From contig NC_083281.1 of assembly GCF_963506605.1 (NCBI RefSeq), positions 16,554,001 to 16,618,000 of the forward strand: DNA of 64,000 bases, in the 5' to 3' direction. The notes beneath the pieces were generated by a model. The model saw nothing but the letters and a program-made list of their open reading frames with translations, was not told the DNA's origin and did not search any database. Position 1 is the stretch's first letter. Each line of letters begins with the position of its first letter. A program made the position numbers and the translations under genes. The stretch is from Zootoca vivipara. Its lineage: Eukaryota. Positions 45,701 to 56,402 of the stretch are shown here, in pieces.

Positions 45701-48700
45701 CATCATGGTCCTTTAGCCCCATCCTAACCACAAACAAACAAATTAGAGAAAGTCTCACAAAAACCCTTCAAAATTACTTCAAAGAAAATGATGTGAACAA
45801 CATAACAACCCCCCTCCTATGGGACGCAATGAAAGCAGTCACCAGAGGAGCTTGCATAAAAGAGAAAACACTCCTTAAAAAACAAACCTCCACAAAGATT
45901 AGTACAATGGAACAAGACATTACAACCCTCTCATCTCGCTACAAACAAACAGGATCCAAAAAACTTCTTAAACTCATAGAACAAAAGAGAAGGGAAATAG
46001 ACTCCCTAGAAATCAACAAAACAATGATCAGCATTCTATATTCTAAACAACGCTTCTACGAATATGGAGGGAAAAACTCCAGACTATTAGCAAATAGATG
46101 TAGGAAAAGAACACTCAAAACAAGAATACACTGCATCACCAAAAAAGACGGCAACACAACATTCTCCCCCAAAGAAATAACTTCAGAATTTGCAGAATTT
46201 TACTCCAATCTATACACTTCCTGCAACCCACCTGAGAAGGAAATAAAAGAATTCATAGCAGGAATGACCATGCCTACCTTAACAGATGAAGAACAGGAAT
46301 ACATGGACAGGCCCATCACCCCAGAGGAAATAGACGAGGTCCTCAAAACCCTGAAACCACACAAAGCCCCAGGCCCAGACGGCTTCACAGCAGAATTCTA
46401 TAAGAAATTCAAAGAACCCCTAATGCCACACATGACCCGCCTATTTAACGACATCATGAAAGGGGGGCCCATCCCCCAAACCTGGACCCACTCCAAAATA
46501 GTCTCCATCCCAAAACCACTGAAGGACAACCTCAAAGTTGAATCATATCGCCCAATCTCATTAATAAACCAAGACTACAAGATATTCACATCAATCCTGG
46601 CCAACCGCCTAAAAAACTTCTTACGCAACTTAGTAGCCCCAGATCAGACCGGCTTCGTCCCCGGTCGCAATATCACAGACCCCATCAGGAAACTGCTGAA
46701 CCTAATCGAACACAGCAAGGCAACCAAAACCCCACTGACAATTATGTCTCTAGACATCCTCAAAGCCTTTGATTGCCTAGAATGGAAATACCTGTTAGCA
46801 GTACTAACTAGCATGAAATTTGGCCCAAACTTTCTACAAATCCTCAAACAAATATACTCCGAAGCCTCAGCAAAATGCAGAATCAACAACATAGACTCGA
46901 ATAACATAGAAATCCAAAGAGGCACAAAACAAGGATGCCCACTATCCCCCTTCCTATTTATACTAGCCCTAGAACCGCTAGCAATCCGAATCCGCGCGGC
47001 CACAGACATCAAAGGAGTGGAAATAAAAGGCAGAACATATAAATTAGGGCTCTTTGCAGATGACCTAATGGTCACAACATCAGACCCCTTAAACACAGCA
47101 CTCTCCCTAACCAGAGAACTCAACACATTTGCAACGGTGTCAGGCCTGCGAGTAAACTTTGCAAAATCAGAAGCCATGTGCTTCAATACCCCTCCCCACA
47201 CCCAGAAAGAACTCACTAATATCACCAAAATAAAACTCTGTCACACCAAGTTCAGATACCTAGGGGTACAAATAACCAAAAATCTCAACAAATTATACCT
47301 ACACAACTATAAACCCTTGTGGCGACAAATAAACAAGGACCTAAAGAAATGGAACAACATGAACTTCACCCTCTCAGATAGAATGGCAATGATCAAAATG
47401 ATCACTCTCCCAAAACTAACCTACTTATTCCAAACCCTCCCAATCTGGATCCCCCCAATCCAACTCCGCAGATGGCAGAGAAAACTACACTCCTTCATCT
47501 TCTCACATAAGAAACCAAGAATAAGCACCAAATACCTGCACCTCCCCACCTCACAGGGAGGATGGGGAATCCCTAACATAGAAACATATTACAGGGCCAA
47601 CCAAATTCGACATATAATCCCATATATACTGGAAGACGAGACAAAACAATGGATACACCTAGAGAGAGACACAATTGAAAGTACCTGCACCACAGCATAC
47701 CCATTTCTCCCAAACAAACTAAGAAAGATCCCCACAACACTTAATAGGTACACACAAACCATGTTCAAGGCATGGAAAACAGAAACGGACAAATTATCCC
47801 CAACCACATCCCCACTACTCCCCCTGGTCTACCATCCGTTATTCCACCACGCAGCACAAAACATCCAAACTAAAACTTGGCAAACCAAAGGCCTACACCG
47901 CCTAATAGACTTTTACAAAAATAACACACCTCTGACAACACAAGAAATACAAGATAAACTAGAAGACACCCAAATACCCTGGTTAGCACAACACCAATTA
48001 CATGCCCTCTTAAACAAGCCAGCAATAAAACTAGCAGCAACAAGACCCCTGACACCCTTTGAAAATCTCCTCCTAACAACAAAGGGTCACGGCAAAGGGA
48101 TGGTATCTGCAATATATAAAATACTGCTCCAAAATCCCACAAACCCCCCAGACACAATAAAAAAACAATGGGAAGACGACATAGGCTACGAGATTAACCC
48201 CACTCAATGGACCAGAATGTGGTCTAAACCCCCCTTTAAATCCATATCAGCAAAAAGGAAAGAACTCACTCTGAAAACCATCTACAGGTGGTACCTAACA
48301 CCACGAAAACTAGCACTAATACGCCCAGGAACCTCATCAAAATGCTGGAGAGGATGCACCTCAACAGGCACATATTTCCACATGTGGTGGGAATGCCCCA
48401 AAACCCAACAATTCTGGAGAACAACCGTAAGAGAAATAGGTAAAATAACCCAACAAACATTAGAACTTACCCCAGAACTGGCCCTGCTAAACATCTTCCA
48501 GGACAATAACGCCTATCTACATCACAAAGAACTCATAACCCACTTACTCTCAGCAACCAGAAGCACCATAACCAGACACTGGAAAGACCTGTCAGGAGTA
48601 AGCATGGACCAATGGTACCAGGCGGTATGGGAAACAGCCCTACTAGAAAAATTAACCAATAAGTTGAAATTGACACGGGGACAAATAGAAGAAGACGGCT

Positions 48701-49893
48701 TCACACCAATATGGCTCCCCTTCATCACATACACAGCCCAACAAGAAAATGACAGAAATCCACCAACAGCATACAAATCAATTTGGCTAACCTGACCCAG
48801 AACACCCACCCACCCCACTCACATAAAACAGACCACCACAGCCAACCACAAAAGAAAACTATATCCTAGGCCAACCCCAACAACTCTCACCACCAAAGGA
48901 AAACAAATGCACAACAAAGAACCTGCACAACCGACGCTGACAACCCCCCCCCCACACACATTAAGTAAAACAGAAACATTGCCACACCCCCTTCCCTTAT
49001 CTACCGCTCCCCCCCTTTTCCTCCCCAATGTCTCAACAATTGAAACTGATCTGTAAAAATGTTATGAGAGACATTGTACACGTCTTTGTAAACTGAGAAA
49101 ACCGTTAATAAAAATATTAAAAAAAAAGAGCCCAGCCAGATGATTTGGCGTTGCTTCCACATCTGCTCGTGCTGCCTTCCTCAAAGGAGTGTTGGTAGTT
49201 ATAGGGCTTAAAGGGGTTTAATTCTAAACATTTCCCCCTTCCCTTCTCATCAGGAAGAACTCTTTGAGGGTAATAGCTTTGGGGCTGTGGAAAGCGCTCC
49301 TTCAGAAGGTGGTGGAATCTCTTTCCATTAAGGTTTTTCAACAGAGGTTGGATGGCCATCTGTAATGGATGCTTTAGTTGAGATTTCTTCGTCACAGGTG
49401 GCTCCACTAGATGGCCCACAAGATCCTATCCAGCTCTGCAATTCTATGATGCTAAGATTCTCTCCCTCTCTTGTTCAGGGGACTGAAGTCTTCCCTGTGC
49501 TTGGATCTGTGCTGAGAGACCCCAAACATTTTGCAAGACCGGATGTGTTTGACCCCCAACATTTCCTGGATGACAATGGGCAGTTCAAGAAGAATAAGGC
49601 TTTTATGCCTTTCTCGGTTGGTGAGTGAGGCCCCTTCCCTTTCCAAGGTACTGCCAAGCCCTTTATAACAGCCCCCTGGAAGCCTGTATTCACCTTCCTC
49701 CTCTTTCCTAGGGAAACGCTCTTGCTTTGGGGAGCCCCTCGCTCGGATGGAACTCTTCCTCATCCTCACCAGCATCCTGCAGAACTTCCGCCTCAAATCT
49801 CCCATCCCACCTGAAAAGCTCGAAATTTCTCCCATGCTGGTTGGCCTTGCCACCCTTCCGCATTTTTATGAAATGTGTGCCATTCCACTCTGA
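36797..49893 (+). CDS. Cytochrome P450 family 2 (CYP2A/2G-like), copy D, 9 exons, 494 aa, L1 in intron 7
   Basis: Exons 36797-36976, 37204-37366, 37752-37901, 38235-38395, 39179-39355, 40101-40242, 40378-40565, 49479-49620, 49712-49893. Open frame; AGTETVSTT; heme motif FSVGKRSCFG. Confidence 0.92.
39378..39514. mobile_element. hAT-Charlie-type MITE in copy D intron 5
   Basis: TIR CAGGCATCCCCAAACT, 8-bp TSD TTCTAAAG, palindromic body. Confidence 0.9.
40866..41123 (+). repeat. 59-bp CpG-rich tandem monomers (~4.3 copies) in the L1 5'UTR
   Basis: Period 59; each unit carries CGGAGCG-CCGA-CGCTCCG or a one-base variant. Confidence 0.9.
43094..44122 (+). CDS. L1 ORF1p (coiled coil, RRM, CTD), 342 aa
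   Basis: Heptad-rich N-half; [42 protein letters not shown]. Confidence 0.93.
   Translation: MANSAENVTPLQEDDHPMTKKDQRDLETRLIERITKELTKQFTKQLEDAVAPLQAQVNELTSKLVALENENQTQKRAIEQHQEENTHIKKKLNELETENEELKIKQADLEDRNRRCNIRFRNFPEKAEEKSPAHLIVSWLRDTVPNLKIEIDDLERAHRALRPMPEPGEPPRDIIVCFARYKKKEEIWNHLRNSTNLQYKNNNILALQDLSQDTLIRRKTLRPCTRSLQEAGIKYRWGFPFRLIATKNAKQHTATNKTEARQLLKDLGLNIPLEWLQEDPPSDSQDQDNETTANGWTKVQNNKKKKAKNQEQHKARKYNQTTPSCAKPSGRPYDTRSLTKTD
44929..48795 (+). CDS. L1 ORF2p (APE endonuclease, reverse transcriptase, C-terminal CCHC), 1288 aa
   Basis: First ATG at 44929. Motifs NVRGL, LQE, GGDLN, SRLD, TDH; [25 protein letters not shown]; CWRGC...HMWWEC. Uninterrupted. Confidence 0.96.
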   Translation: MMANLKAITLNVRGLGNPIKRKRITSYINTMKPHITFLQEVHNPPKGNKLLSDPRFSQQWVAQGSGKARGVAVILNKDLNFKATTVLKDKKGRFIFIKGTLDGKIKLTIGSIYAPNSKQLEFFQKTLNKLLSFMEGEAILGGDLNLNMKGISLKNIQSTTPWATFLRGKPPITRDSYKLIKLLKDRGLYDIWSEQNPGDTTHTFQSGRHGTTSRLDSILLTQSLIPQVESSNIGNIKITDHAPVEVTIKIGERTHSTPSWSFSPILTTNKQIRESLTKTLQNYFKENDVNNITTPLLWDAMKAVTRGACIKEKTLLKKQTSTKISTMEQDITTLSSRYKQTGSKKLLKLIEQKRREIDSLEINKTMISILYSKQRFYEYGGKNSRLLANRCRKRTLKTRIHCITKKDGNTTFSPKEITSEFAEFYSNLYTSCNPPEKEIKEFIAGMTMPTLTDEEQEYMDRPITPEEIDEVLKTLKPHKAPGPDGFTAEFYKKFKEPLMPHMTRLFNDIMKGGPIPQTWTHSKIVSIPKPLKDNLKVESYRPISLINQDYKIFTSILANRLKNFLRNLVAPDQTGFVPGRNITDPIRKLLNLIEHSKATKTPLTIMSLDILKAFDCLEWKYLLAVLTSMKFGPNFLQILKQIYSEASAKCRINNIDSNNIEIQRGTKQGCPLSPFLFILALEPLAIRIRAATDIKGVEIKGRTYKLGLFADDLMVTTSDPLNTALSLTRELNTFATVSGLRVNFAKSEAMCFNTPPHTQKELTNITKIKLCHTKFRYLGVQITKNLNKLYLHNYKPLWRQINKDLKKWNNMNFTLSDRMAMIKMITLPKLTYLFQTLPIWIPPIQLRRWQRKLHSFIFSHKKPRISTKYLHLPTSQGGWGIPNIETYYRANQIRHIIPYILEDETKQWIHLERDTIESTCTTAYPFLPNKLRKIPTTLNRYTQTMFKAWKTETDKLSPTTSPLLPLVYHPLFHHAAQNIQTKTWQTKGLHRLIDFYKNNTPLTTQEIQDKLEDTQIPWLAQHQLHALLNKPAIKLAATRPLTPFENLLLTTKGHGKGMVSAIYKILLQNPTNPPDTIKKQWEDDIGYEINPTQWTRMWSKPPFKSISAKRKELTLKTIYRWYLTPRKLALIRPGTSSKCWRGCTSTGTYFHMWWECPKTQQFWRTTVREIGKITQQTLELTPELALLNIFQDNNAYLHHKELITHLLSATRSTITRHWKDLSGVSMDQWYQAVWETALLEKLTNKLKLTRGQIEEDGFTPIWLPFITYTAQQENDRNPPTAYKSIWLT

Positions 49894-51429
49894 AGGTGGT
49901 CAGGTGTCTTGGAGAAGCAGAATCCCATCGTCACCCACCTTGGCCACCTAAAGGCAGGTACACACATACACAATCTAATGTCCGCACCACCATAATTTTA
50001 GCAATGACAATGTTTAACATTTTTCTATTTTCTGGAATTATTTTCTTTGTCTACATATTTAGTATATTAGTATCTTGTGAATGTTTATTTTTCTGCTGCA
50101 CCCCTAATTGAGGAAGCTGTAAGATCAAATATTTTGTCTTGGTTCTCTATTATCTTCTTTTGCCTGCATTTCTATTTATAAGGCATACGCAAACCCCAGC
50201 TGTAAAATCACCCCACAAAATTCTAATGCTGTCTGCTATTGCCATGTTGTGAATAAAGAGATTACAGATTTCACTTTGGAGCTGTCATTTCACTCCACTT
50301 TTTAGTAGAACAGTTGACTCTACCCTCCATTTTATGCCCCCTGACTGTTTTGTTTTTAAAAAAATAATATTTATTAAAAATTTCCAATCAAACCAAATCA
50401 TATATTCTGAATTATACACATTATCCAATAATCAAACAATCCCAATGTTATGCCTAATTATAAATTATTATTATTATCATTATTATCTGGCTTCCCATGC
50501 TTCGAGATCGGAGGGAATCCTAATCATCTCATAGTTCTACTGCATTTCAAAATATTACAATAATTCCCTTAATATATTCTGGTGTTAACCCCTCATTATT
50601 TTCAGCAGCCTCTTTGCAAGTGAGTTTAAGTCCAAATAAAATATTTCTGTGTGGATTTTATGTCTTTAGTCTTCTTTATAGTCCAAATCTGTAGTCCAAG
50701 ATTCCCCTCTGTCAATTCACATCCTCTCTTCACAAACTGGTGTTTCTGCCGAATCAGTCCAGGAACCTTCCACTGCAGGTAGCTGCGATATCGACACACA
50801 GTCCAGATAAAATCAAATCATGGCATCTGCTCAATGTTGCTCCTAGTAAACTGGAAGTACAAGTATCGAAAAATAAAATGTTAGAGGTTTAACACACACA
50901 CACCCAATAGCAATATAATTTATTTCAGCTAGCTGGTCAGTCTACTTTCGGTTTCACTCCTGGCTCCTTGCTGAATTAATACTGTGCCACAAACCTCCCA
51001 AGCAGATATCCAAAGTTCTTTGGCATTTCTCCAGTTGTTAATGAGGTGTCTCTTCTACTCCAGTATAATAAATCGGGGGGTCTTTTAATCTTCTTCCAAG
51101 AAACCAAGAGACAAAGGCTTTGATTGTCCGTTTGTTTTTGTTTTTGCAATCATTTCCACACATAGTAATTGTTAGAGTTATTAAAACCTTATTATATCAA
51201 CAAATGCAAGTTTTTTAGTCTCACTTGCTTTCATAAGTCTGGTAGTCATTTCTTAAAGAGGGAACAAAATAAAAAAAATTCCTTCCAGCAGCACCTTAAA
51301 GACCAACTAAGTGTGTGTTTTTTTGTTGTTGTTTTTGGTATGAGCTTTTGTGTTCATGCACACTTCTTCAGATACACTGAAATAGAAGTCACCAGACGCT
51401 TATATGTAGAGAAAGGGTGGGGAGGGGAT

Positions 51430-51785
51430 GCACTGTTGGCATCTCAGGACTATTTAATTGCTCATCCTCTAACATTGTGTATGCCATCAAATGCCAACAG
51501 TGCCCTTCAGCTCTCTATATTGGACAAACAGGCCAAAGCCTACGCCAAAGGATAAATGGACATAAATCTGACATCAGGAACCACAAGACAGAGAAACCAG
51601 TAGGAGAACACTTCAATCTCCCAGGACATTCTATACAAGATCTCAAAGTAGCTGTCTTGCTACAAAAGAATTTCAGAAACAGACTGGAAAGAGAAGTTGC
51701 TGAATTGCAACTCATTAGCAAGCTTAAAACCATGGAGGGACCTGGTTTGAACAGAGACATAGGATCCTTATCTCATTATACATGA
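51430..51785 (+). pseudogene. Penelope GIY-YIG endonuclease C-terminal fragment
   Basis: NIVYAIKCQQC...LYIGQT...RQRINGH...EHFN...E...GLN; 5'-truncated. Confidence 0.88.
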
Positions 51786-52248
51786 TCAAGCTTTCCTTAG
51801 CACCTCAGCCCTTGCTTTCCCCCCACAAGACCAATTGCAGTCATTAACAGTCGTTAACAGTCATCTACAGGTTTACCACTCCTATCAGCCCATCACCCAT
51901 TCCCATCACCCCCACCCCCCACCCTCTGAATATACATAAGGGTCTGGTTGCTTCTGTTTCAGTGTATCTGAATGCATGCACACGAAAGCTCATACCAAAT
52001 AAATACCAAAATAAAAACTTATTTTTCACCAAGCTTAAAACGATGGAGAGACCTGGTTTGAACAGAGACGTTGGATTCTTATCTCATTAGACATGATAAA
52101 GTGATCTTTAGTCATCTCACCCCTTGCTTTTTCATGCAAGACCATTTGCAGTTGTTTACAGTCGTCAACAGCTATCAGTCAGTCAATCACCCATTTCCAC
52201 CACCCACCCTTTCTCTACATATAAGCATCTGGGGACTTCTATTTCAGT

Positions 52249-52286
52249 GTATCTGAAGAAGTGTGCATGCACACGAAAGCTCATAC
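52249..52286 (+). ncRNA. Minimal type I hammerhead ribozyme motif in the Penelope pLTR
   Basis: GTAT-CTGAAGA-A-GTGTGC AT GCACAC-GAAA-GCTC-ATAC: CUGANGA and GAAA cores, stem II hairpin, GUAU/AUAC stem I, palindromic AGCU stem III. Confidence 0.8.
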
Positions 52287-52523
52287 CAAAATAAAAAACT
52301 TAGTTGGTCTTTAAGGTGCTGCTGGAAGGATTTTTTTTATTTTGTTTTGACTACGTCAGACCAACATGGCTACCTACCTGTAACTTAAAGAGGGAAATCG
52401 CCAAATGTAATCACATAGACAAATATTGAATCATAGAATCATAGAATAGAATCATAGAATCATAGAGTTGGAAGAGACCACAAGGGCCATCCAGTCCAAC
52501 CCCCTGCCAAGCAGGAAACACCA

Positions 52524-55445
52524 TCAAAGCATTCCTGACAGATGGCTGTCAAGCCTCTGCTTAAAGACCTCCAAAGAAGGAGACTCCACCACACTCCTTG
52601 GCAGCAAATTCCACTGCCGAACAGCTCTTACTGTCAGGAAGTTCTTCCTAATGTTTAGGTGGAATTTTCTTTCTTGTAGTTTGAATCCGTTGCTCCGTGT
52701 CCGCTTCTCTGGAGCAGCAGAAAACAATCTTTCTCCCTCCTCTATATGACATCCTTTTATATATTTGAACATGGCTATCATATCACCCCTTAACCTTCTC
52801 TTCTCCAGGCTAAACATACCCAGCTCCCTAAGCCGTTCCGCATAAGGCATCGTTTCCAGGCCTTTGACCATTTTGGTTGCCCTCTTCTGGACACGTTCCA
52901 GCTTGTCAATATCCTTCTTGAACTGTGGTGCCCAGAACTGGACACAGTACTCCAGGTGAGGTCTGACCAGAGCAGAATACAGTGGTACTATTACTTCCCT
53001 TGATCTAGATGCTATACTCCTATTGATGCAACCCAGAATTGCATTGGCTTTTTTAGCTGCTGCATCACACTGCTGACTCATGTCAAGTTTGTGGTCAACC
53101 AAGACTCCTAGATCCTTTTCACATGTACTGCTCTCAAGCCAGGTGTCTCCCATCCTATATTTGTGCCTTTCATTTTTTTTGCCCAAGTGTAGTACTTTAC
53201 ATTTCTCCTTGTTAAAATTCATCTTGTTTGCTTTGGCCCAGTTGTCTAATCTGTTAAGGTCATTCTGAAGTGTGATCCTGTCCTCTGGGGTGTTAGCCAC
53301 CCCTCCCAATTTGGTGTCATCTGCAAACTTGCTCAGGATTCCCTCAAGCCCATCATCCAAGTCATTGATAAAGATGTTGAACAAGACTGGGCCCAAGACA
53401 GAACCCTGTGGCACCCCACTAGTCACTACTCTCCAGGATGAGGAGGAGCCATTGATGAGCACCCTTTGGGTTCGGTCAGTAAGCCAGTTACAAATCCACT
53501 GAATGGTAGCATTGTCTAGCCCACATTTTACCAGCTTCTTTACAAGAATACCATGGGGCACTTTGTCAAAGGCCTTGCTGAAATCAAGATAGGCTACATC
53601 CACAGTGTTCCCTTCATCTACCAGGCTTGTAATTCTGTCAAAAAATGAGATCAGATTAGTCTGACATGACTTATTTTTCAGGAACCCATGCTGACTTTTA
53701 GTGATCACAGAGTTTCTTTCTAGGTGCTCACAGACTGTTTGCTTAATGATCTGCTCTAGAATCTTTCCTGGTATTGATGTCAGGCTGACTGGGCGGTAAT
53801 TGTTTGGGTCCTCTCTTTTCCCCTTTTTGAAAATAGGGACAACATTTGCCCTCCTCCAGTCTGCTGGAACTTCGCCTGTTCTCCAGGAATTTTCAAAGAT
53901 TATTGCCAGTGGTTCTGAAATCACCTCTGCCAGTTCTTTTAATACTCTTGGATGTAGTTCATCTGGCCCTGGAGACTTGAATACATCTAAACTAGCCAAG
54001 TATTCTTGTACTACCTCCTTACTTATTCTGGGCTGTGTTTCCCCTGCTGAATCATCTGCTCCATATTCTTCAGGTCGGGCGTTGTTTTCTTTCTTGGAGA
54101 AGGCTGAGGCAAAGAAGGCATCGAGGAGTTCTGCCCTTTCTCTGTCCCCTGTTTGCATTTCACCATGTTCTCCTCTGAGTGACCCCACTGTTTCCTTGTT
54201 TTTCCTTTTGCTACGGACATACCCATAAAAGCCCTTTTTGTTGCTTTTAACCTCTCTGGCGAGCCTGAGTTCATTCTGTGCTTTAGCTTTTCTGACTTTG
54301 CCTCTACACGTGCTGGCTATATGTTTGAATTCCTCTCTGGAGATTTCCCCCCTTTTCCATTTTTTGTACATATCCCTTTTAAATCTTAACTCAGTCAAAA
54401 GTTCTTTAGATAGCCAGCCTGGCTTCTTTAGGCACCTTCCATGTTTCCGTCTCATTGGTATTGCCTGAAGTTGTGCTTTTAATATCTCCCTTTTAACAAA
54501 CTCCCAACCATCATGAACTCCCTTCCCTTTTAGTATTACTGTCCATGGGATTTCACCCAGCGTTTCCCTAAGTTTTCCGAAGTCGGCTTTCTTAAAGTCT
54601 AGAATTTGGACCTTAGTATGCTTGGTTGCTCCTTTCCGCTGGATAATAAACTCCAGAAGAGCATGGTCACTCCCACCTAATGATCCTGCCACTTCTACCC
54701 CACTAACCAAGTCATCACTATTGGTTAGGACCAGATCTAAAATGGCTGATCCTCTTGTTGCTTCTCCCACTTTCTGGACAATGAAGTTGTCTGCAAGGCC
54801 AGTGAGGAATCTGTTCGACCTTATGCTCTTGGCTGAGTTTGACATCCAACAAATATCAGGATAGTTGAAATCCCCCATTACTACTATCTCACTTCCTTTG
54901 GAATGCTTGGCCATCTGTTCCAGGAAGGCATCATCTGTGTCCTCAGTTTGGCTTGGGGATCTATAGTAAACTCCCACAATGAGATCACTGTTGTTTTTCT
55001 CTCCCTTAATTTTGACCCAGATACTCTCAATTTGGCTTTGAAGTTTTAAATCCTGAATCTCTTCACAGGTATACATATCCCTAACATATAAAGCTACTCC
55101 TCCTCCTTTCCTGTTTGGTCTATTTCTCTTAAATAGATTGTATCCCTCTATTACTACATTCCAGTCATGAGACTCATCCCACCAGGTTTCAGTGATGCCT
55201 ATTATGTCATATTTAGTTTGCTGTACCAAGAGCTCAAGTTCATCTTGTTTATTTCCCATGCTCTGTGCATTAGTATACAGACATTGAAGACCGTTGATCA
55301 TTCCCCCATGTCTCTTATTTAAGGATATTTTCGTCCCACCACTAGGTCTGCATGCTGCTTGCTCCATTTGGTCCTTGACATTTGGATGAACATCTTCAGC
55401 ATTTGATAGACTCCTACCTTCAGGACCACTGTCTCCCTCCCCCAT
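52524..55445 (-). CDS. CR1 ORF2 (APE endonuclease + reverse transcriptase), 973 aa
   Basis: [52 protein letters not shown]; uninterrupted. Confidence 0.93.
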   Translation of the reverse strand: MGEGDSGPEGRSLSNAEDVHPNVKDQMEQAACRPSGGTKISLNKRHGGMINGLQCLYTNAQSMGNKQDELELLVQQTKYDIIGITETWWDESHDWNVVIEGYNLFKRNRPNRKGGGVALYVRDMYTCEEIQDLKLQSQIESIWVKIKGEKNNSDLIVGVYYRSPSQTEDTDDAFLEQMAKHSKGSEIVVMGDFNYPDICWMSNSAKSIRSNRFLTGLADNFIVQKVGEATRGSAILDLVLTNSDDLVSGVEVAGSLGGSDHALLEFIIQRKGATKHTKVQILDFKKADFGKLRETLGEIPWTVILKGKGVHDGWEFVKREILKAQLQAIPMRRKHGRCLKKPGWLSKELLTELRFKRDMYKKWKRGEISREEFKHIASTCRGKVRKAKAQNELRLAREVKSNKKGFYGYVRSKRKNKETVGSLRGEHGEMQTGDRERAELLDAFFASAFSKKENNARPEEYGADDSAGETQPRISKEVVQEYLASLDVFKSPGPDELHPRVLKELAEVISEPLAIIFENSWRTGEVPADWRRANVVPIFKKGKREDPNNYRPVSLTSIPGKILEQIIKQTVCEHLERNSVITKSQHGFLKNKSCQTNLISFFDRITSLVDEGNTVDVAYLDFSKAFDKVPHGILVKKLVKCGLDNATIQWICNWLTDRTQRVLINGSSSSWRVVTSGVPQGSVLGPVLFNIFINDLDDGLEGILSKFADDTKLGGVANTPEDRITLQNDLNRLDNWAKANKMNFNKEKCKVLHLGKKNERHKYRMGDTWLESSTCEKDLGVLVDHKLDMSQQCDAAAKKANAILGCINRSIASRSREVIVPLYSALVRPHLEYCVQFWAPQFKKDIDKLERVQKRATKMVKGLETMPYAERLRELGMFSLEKRRLRGDMIAMFKYIKGCHIEEGERLFSAAPEKRTRSNGFKLQERKFHLNIRKNFLTVRAVRQWNLLPRSVVESPSLEVFKQRLDSHLSGML

Positions 55446-55450
55446 ATAAG

Positions 55451-55810
55451 TCAGTTTAAAGCCCTCCTGATGAGGTTTTTGAGTTTCATGGCAAAAACAT
55501 TCCTCCCAACTTTTGTGAGGTGCAGTCCATCACTTGCCAGAAGTCCATCTTCAAGAAACTGCAGACCGTGATCTAGGAATCCAAACCGTTCTTGTTTGCA
55601 CCATTTGCGAAGCCAGTTGTTCACTTCCCCTATTTTTCCCTCTCTCCCTGGGCCATGTCGTTCAACTGGGAGGACAGAAGAGATGACAATTTGTGCATCT
55701 AATTGCTTCAACTTCCTGCCCAGAGCCTCATAATCATTTTTGATCTTCTGTAAGCTATGGCTTGCAGTGTCATTAGTTCCCACATGCACCAAAAGGAAGG
55801 GGTATTTGTC
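55451..55810 (-). pseudogene. CR1 ORF1 C-terminal SGNH esterase fragment
   Basis: VHVGTND and DGLHL motifs. Confidence 0.85.
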
Positions 55811-56255
55811 GGTGGGAGGAAGGGGTATTTGTCGGTATTGAAAGAAAGTAAATAAAGGCTCACCCCCACCCCTTTCTATTCCGTCAAACCAGCATCACAG
55901 ATGATAATCCCTTTTCCAATCGAGTCTTCTAAGTCTTCAGAGGCTGAATTGATTAGCAGAGAAAATCCTCCCTCTTCACTCAAAGCATGTCCATAATTTA
56001 AATCCAATTTTTCATCTTAAGAAATGGAGACTTCTCGCTAGCGGAGACTGCTTCGGAGAGTGCCAGAATAGTGCGGGGGCTTTCAATCCAGCACACACAT
56101 ACCCAGTTATTCCCTCCAGATCTGGGGCCAGGTGTTGGGTGACCGTGGATGAGACTATTTCCTCCGGCCCTGGAGGAGTTTGGGAGGCTGATGACACCCA
56201 CCTCAGCCTCTAATTGCGTGTGCAAAATGGAGGTGATGGAATTTCAGCCATCTTC

Positions 56256-56400
56256 TTTTTCTTTTTTTTCAAATAATTTTTATTCAATTTTCCAAATAAA
56301 CAAACAACACATAAACACAACAAATACAAAACCTCTTATCTCCACCTCTCAATTCAATTTGCTCTGCCGAGCTATGACTTCCCTCCCTCCCACCATTCGG
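56256..56400 (-). mobile_element. L1-type 3' end fragment
   Basis: Poly(T) and TTTTATT on the + strand; probably belongs with 58655-59080. Confidence 0.5.
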
Positions 56401-56402
56401 CT

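Larger units (their letters stand above)
40745..49125 (+). mobile_element. Full-length or near-full-length intact L1 (LINE-1 clade), ~8.4 kb, in copy D intron 7
   Basis: 18-bp TSD AAGAGCCCAGCCAGATGA (40727-40744 and 49126-49143), present once in the paralogous intron. 2.35-kb 5'UTR, two intact ORFs, AATAAA at 49107-49112, short poly(A). Confidence 0.95.
51265..52383 (+). mobile_element. Penelope-like element: inverted 5' pLTR + GIY-YIG 3' fragment + partial tandem pLTRs
   Basis: TSD CTTAAAGAGGGAA (51252-51264 and 52384-52396). 51265-51425 is an inverted copy of ~52200-52345. Confidence 0.9.
52431..55835 (-). mobile_element. CR1 LINE, 5'-truncated within ORF1, ORF2 intact
   Basis: (TTCTATGA)n 3' tail, TSD TATTGAA (52424-52430 and 55836-55842), ~19-bp duplication at the 5' junction. 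Confidence 0.95.
50350..56255 (-). mobile_element. Copy D version of the non-coding L1-style retroposon, split by Penelope and CR1 insertions
   Basis: Collinear with 32795-34507 once the two insertions are removed. Confidence 0.7.
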
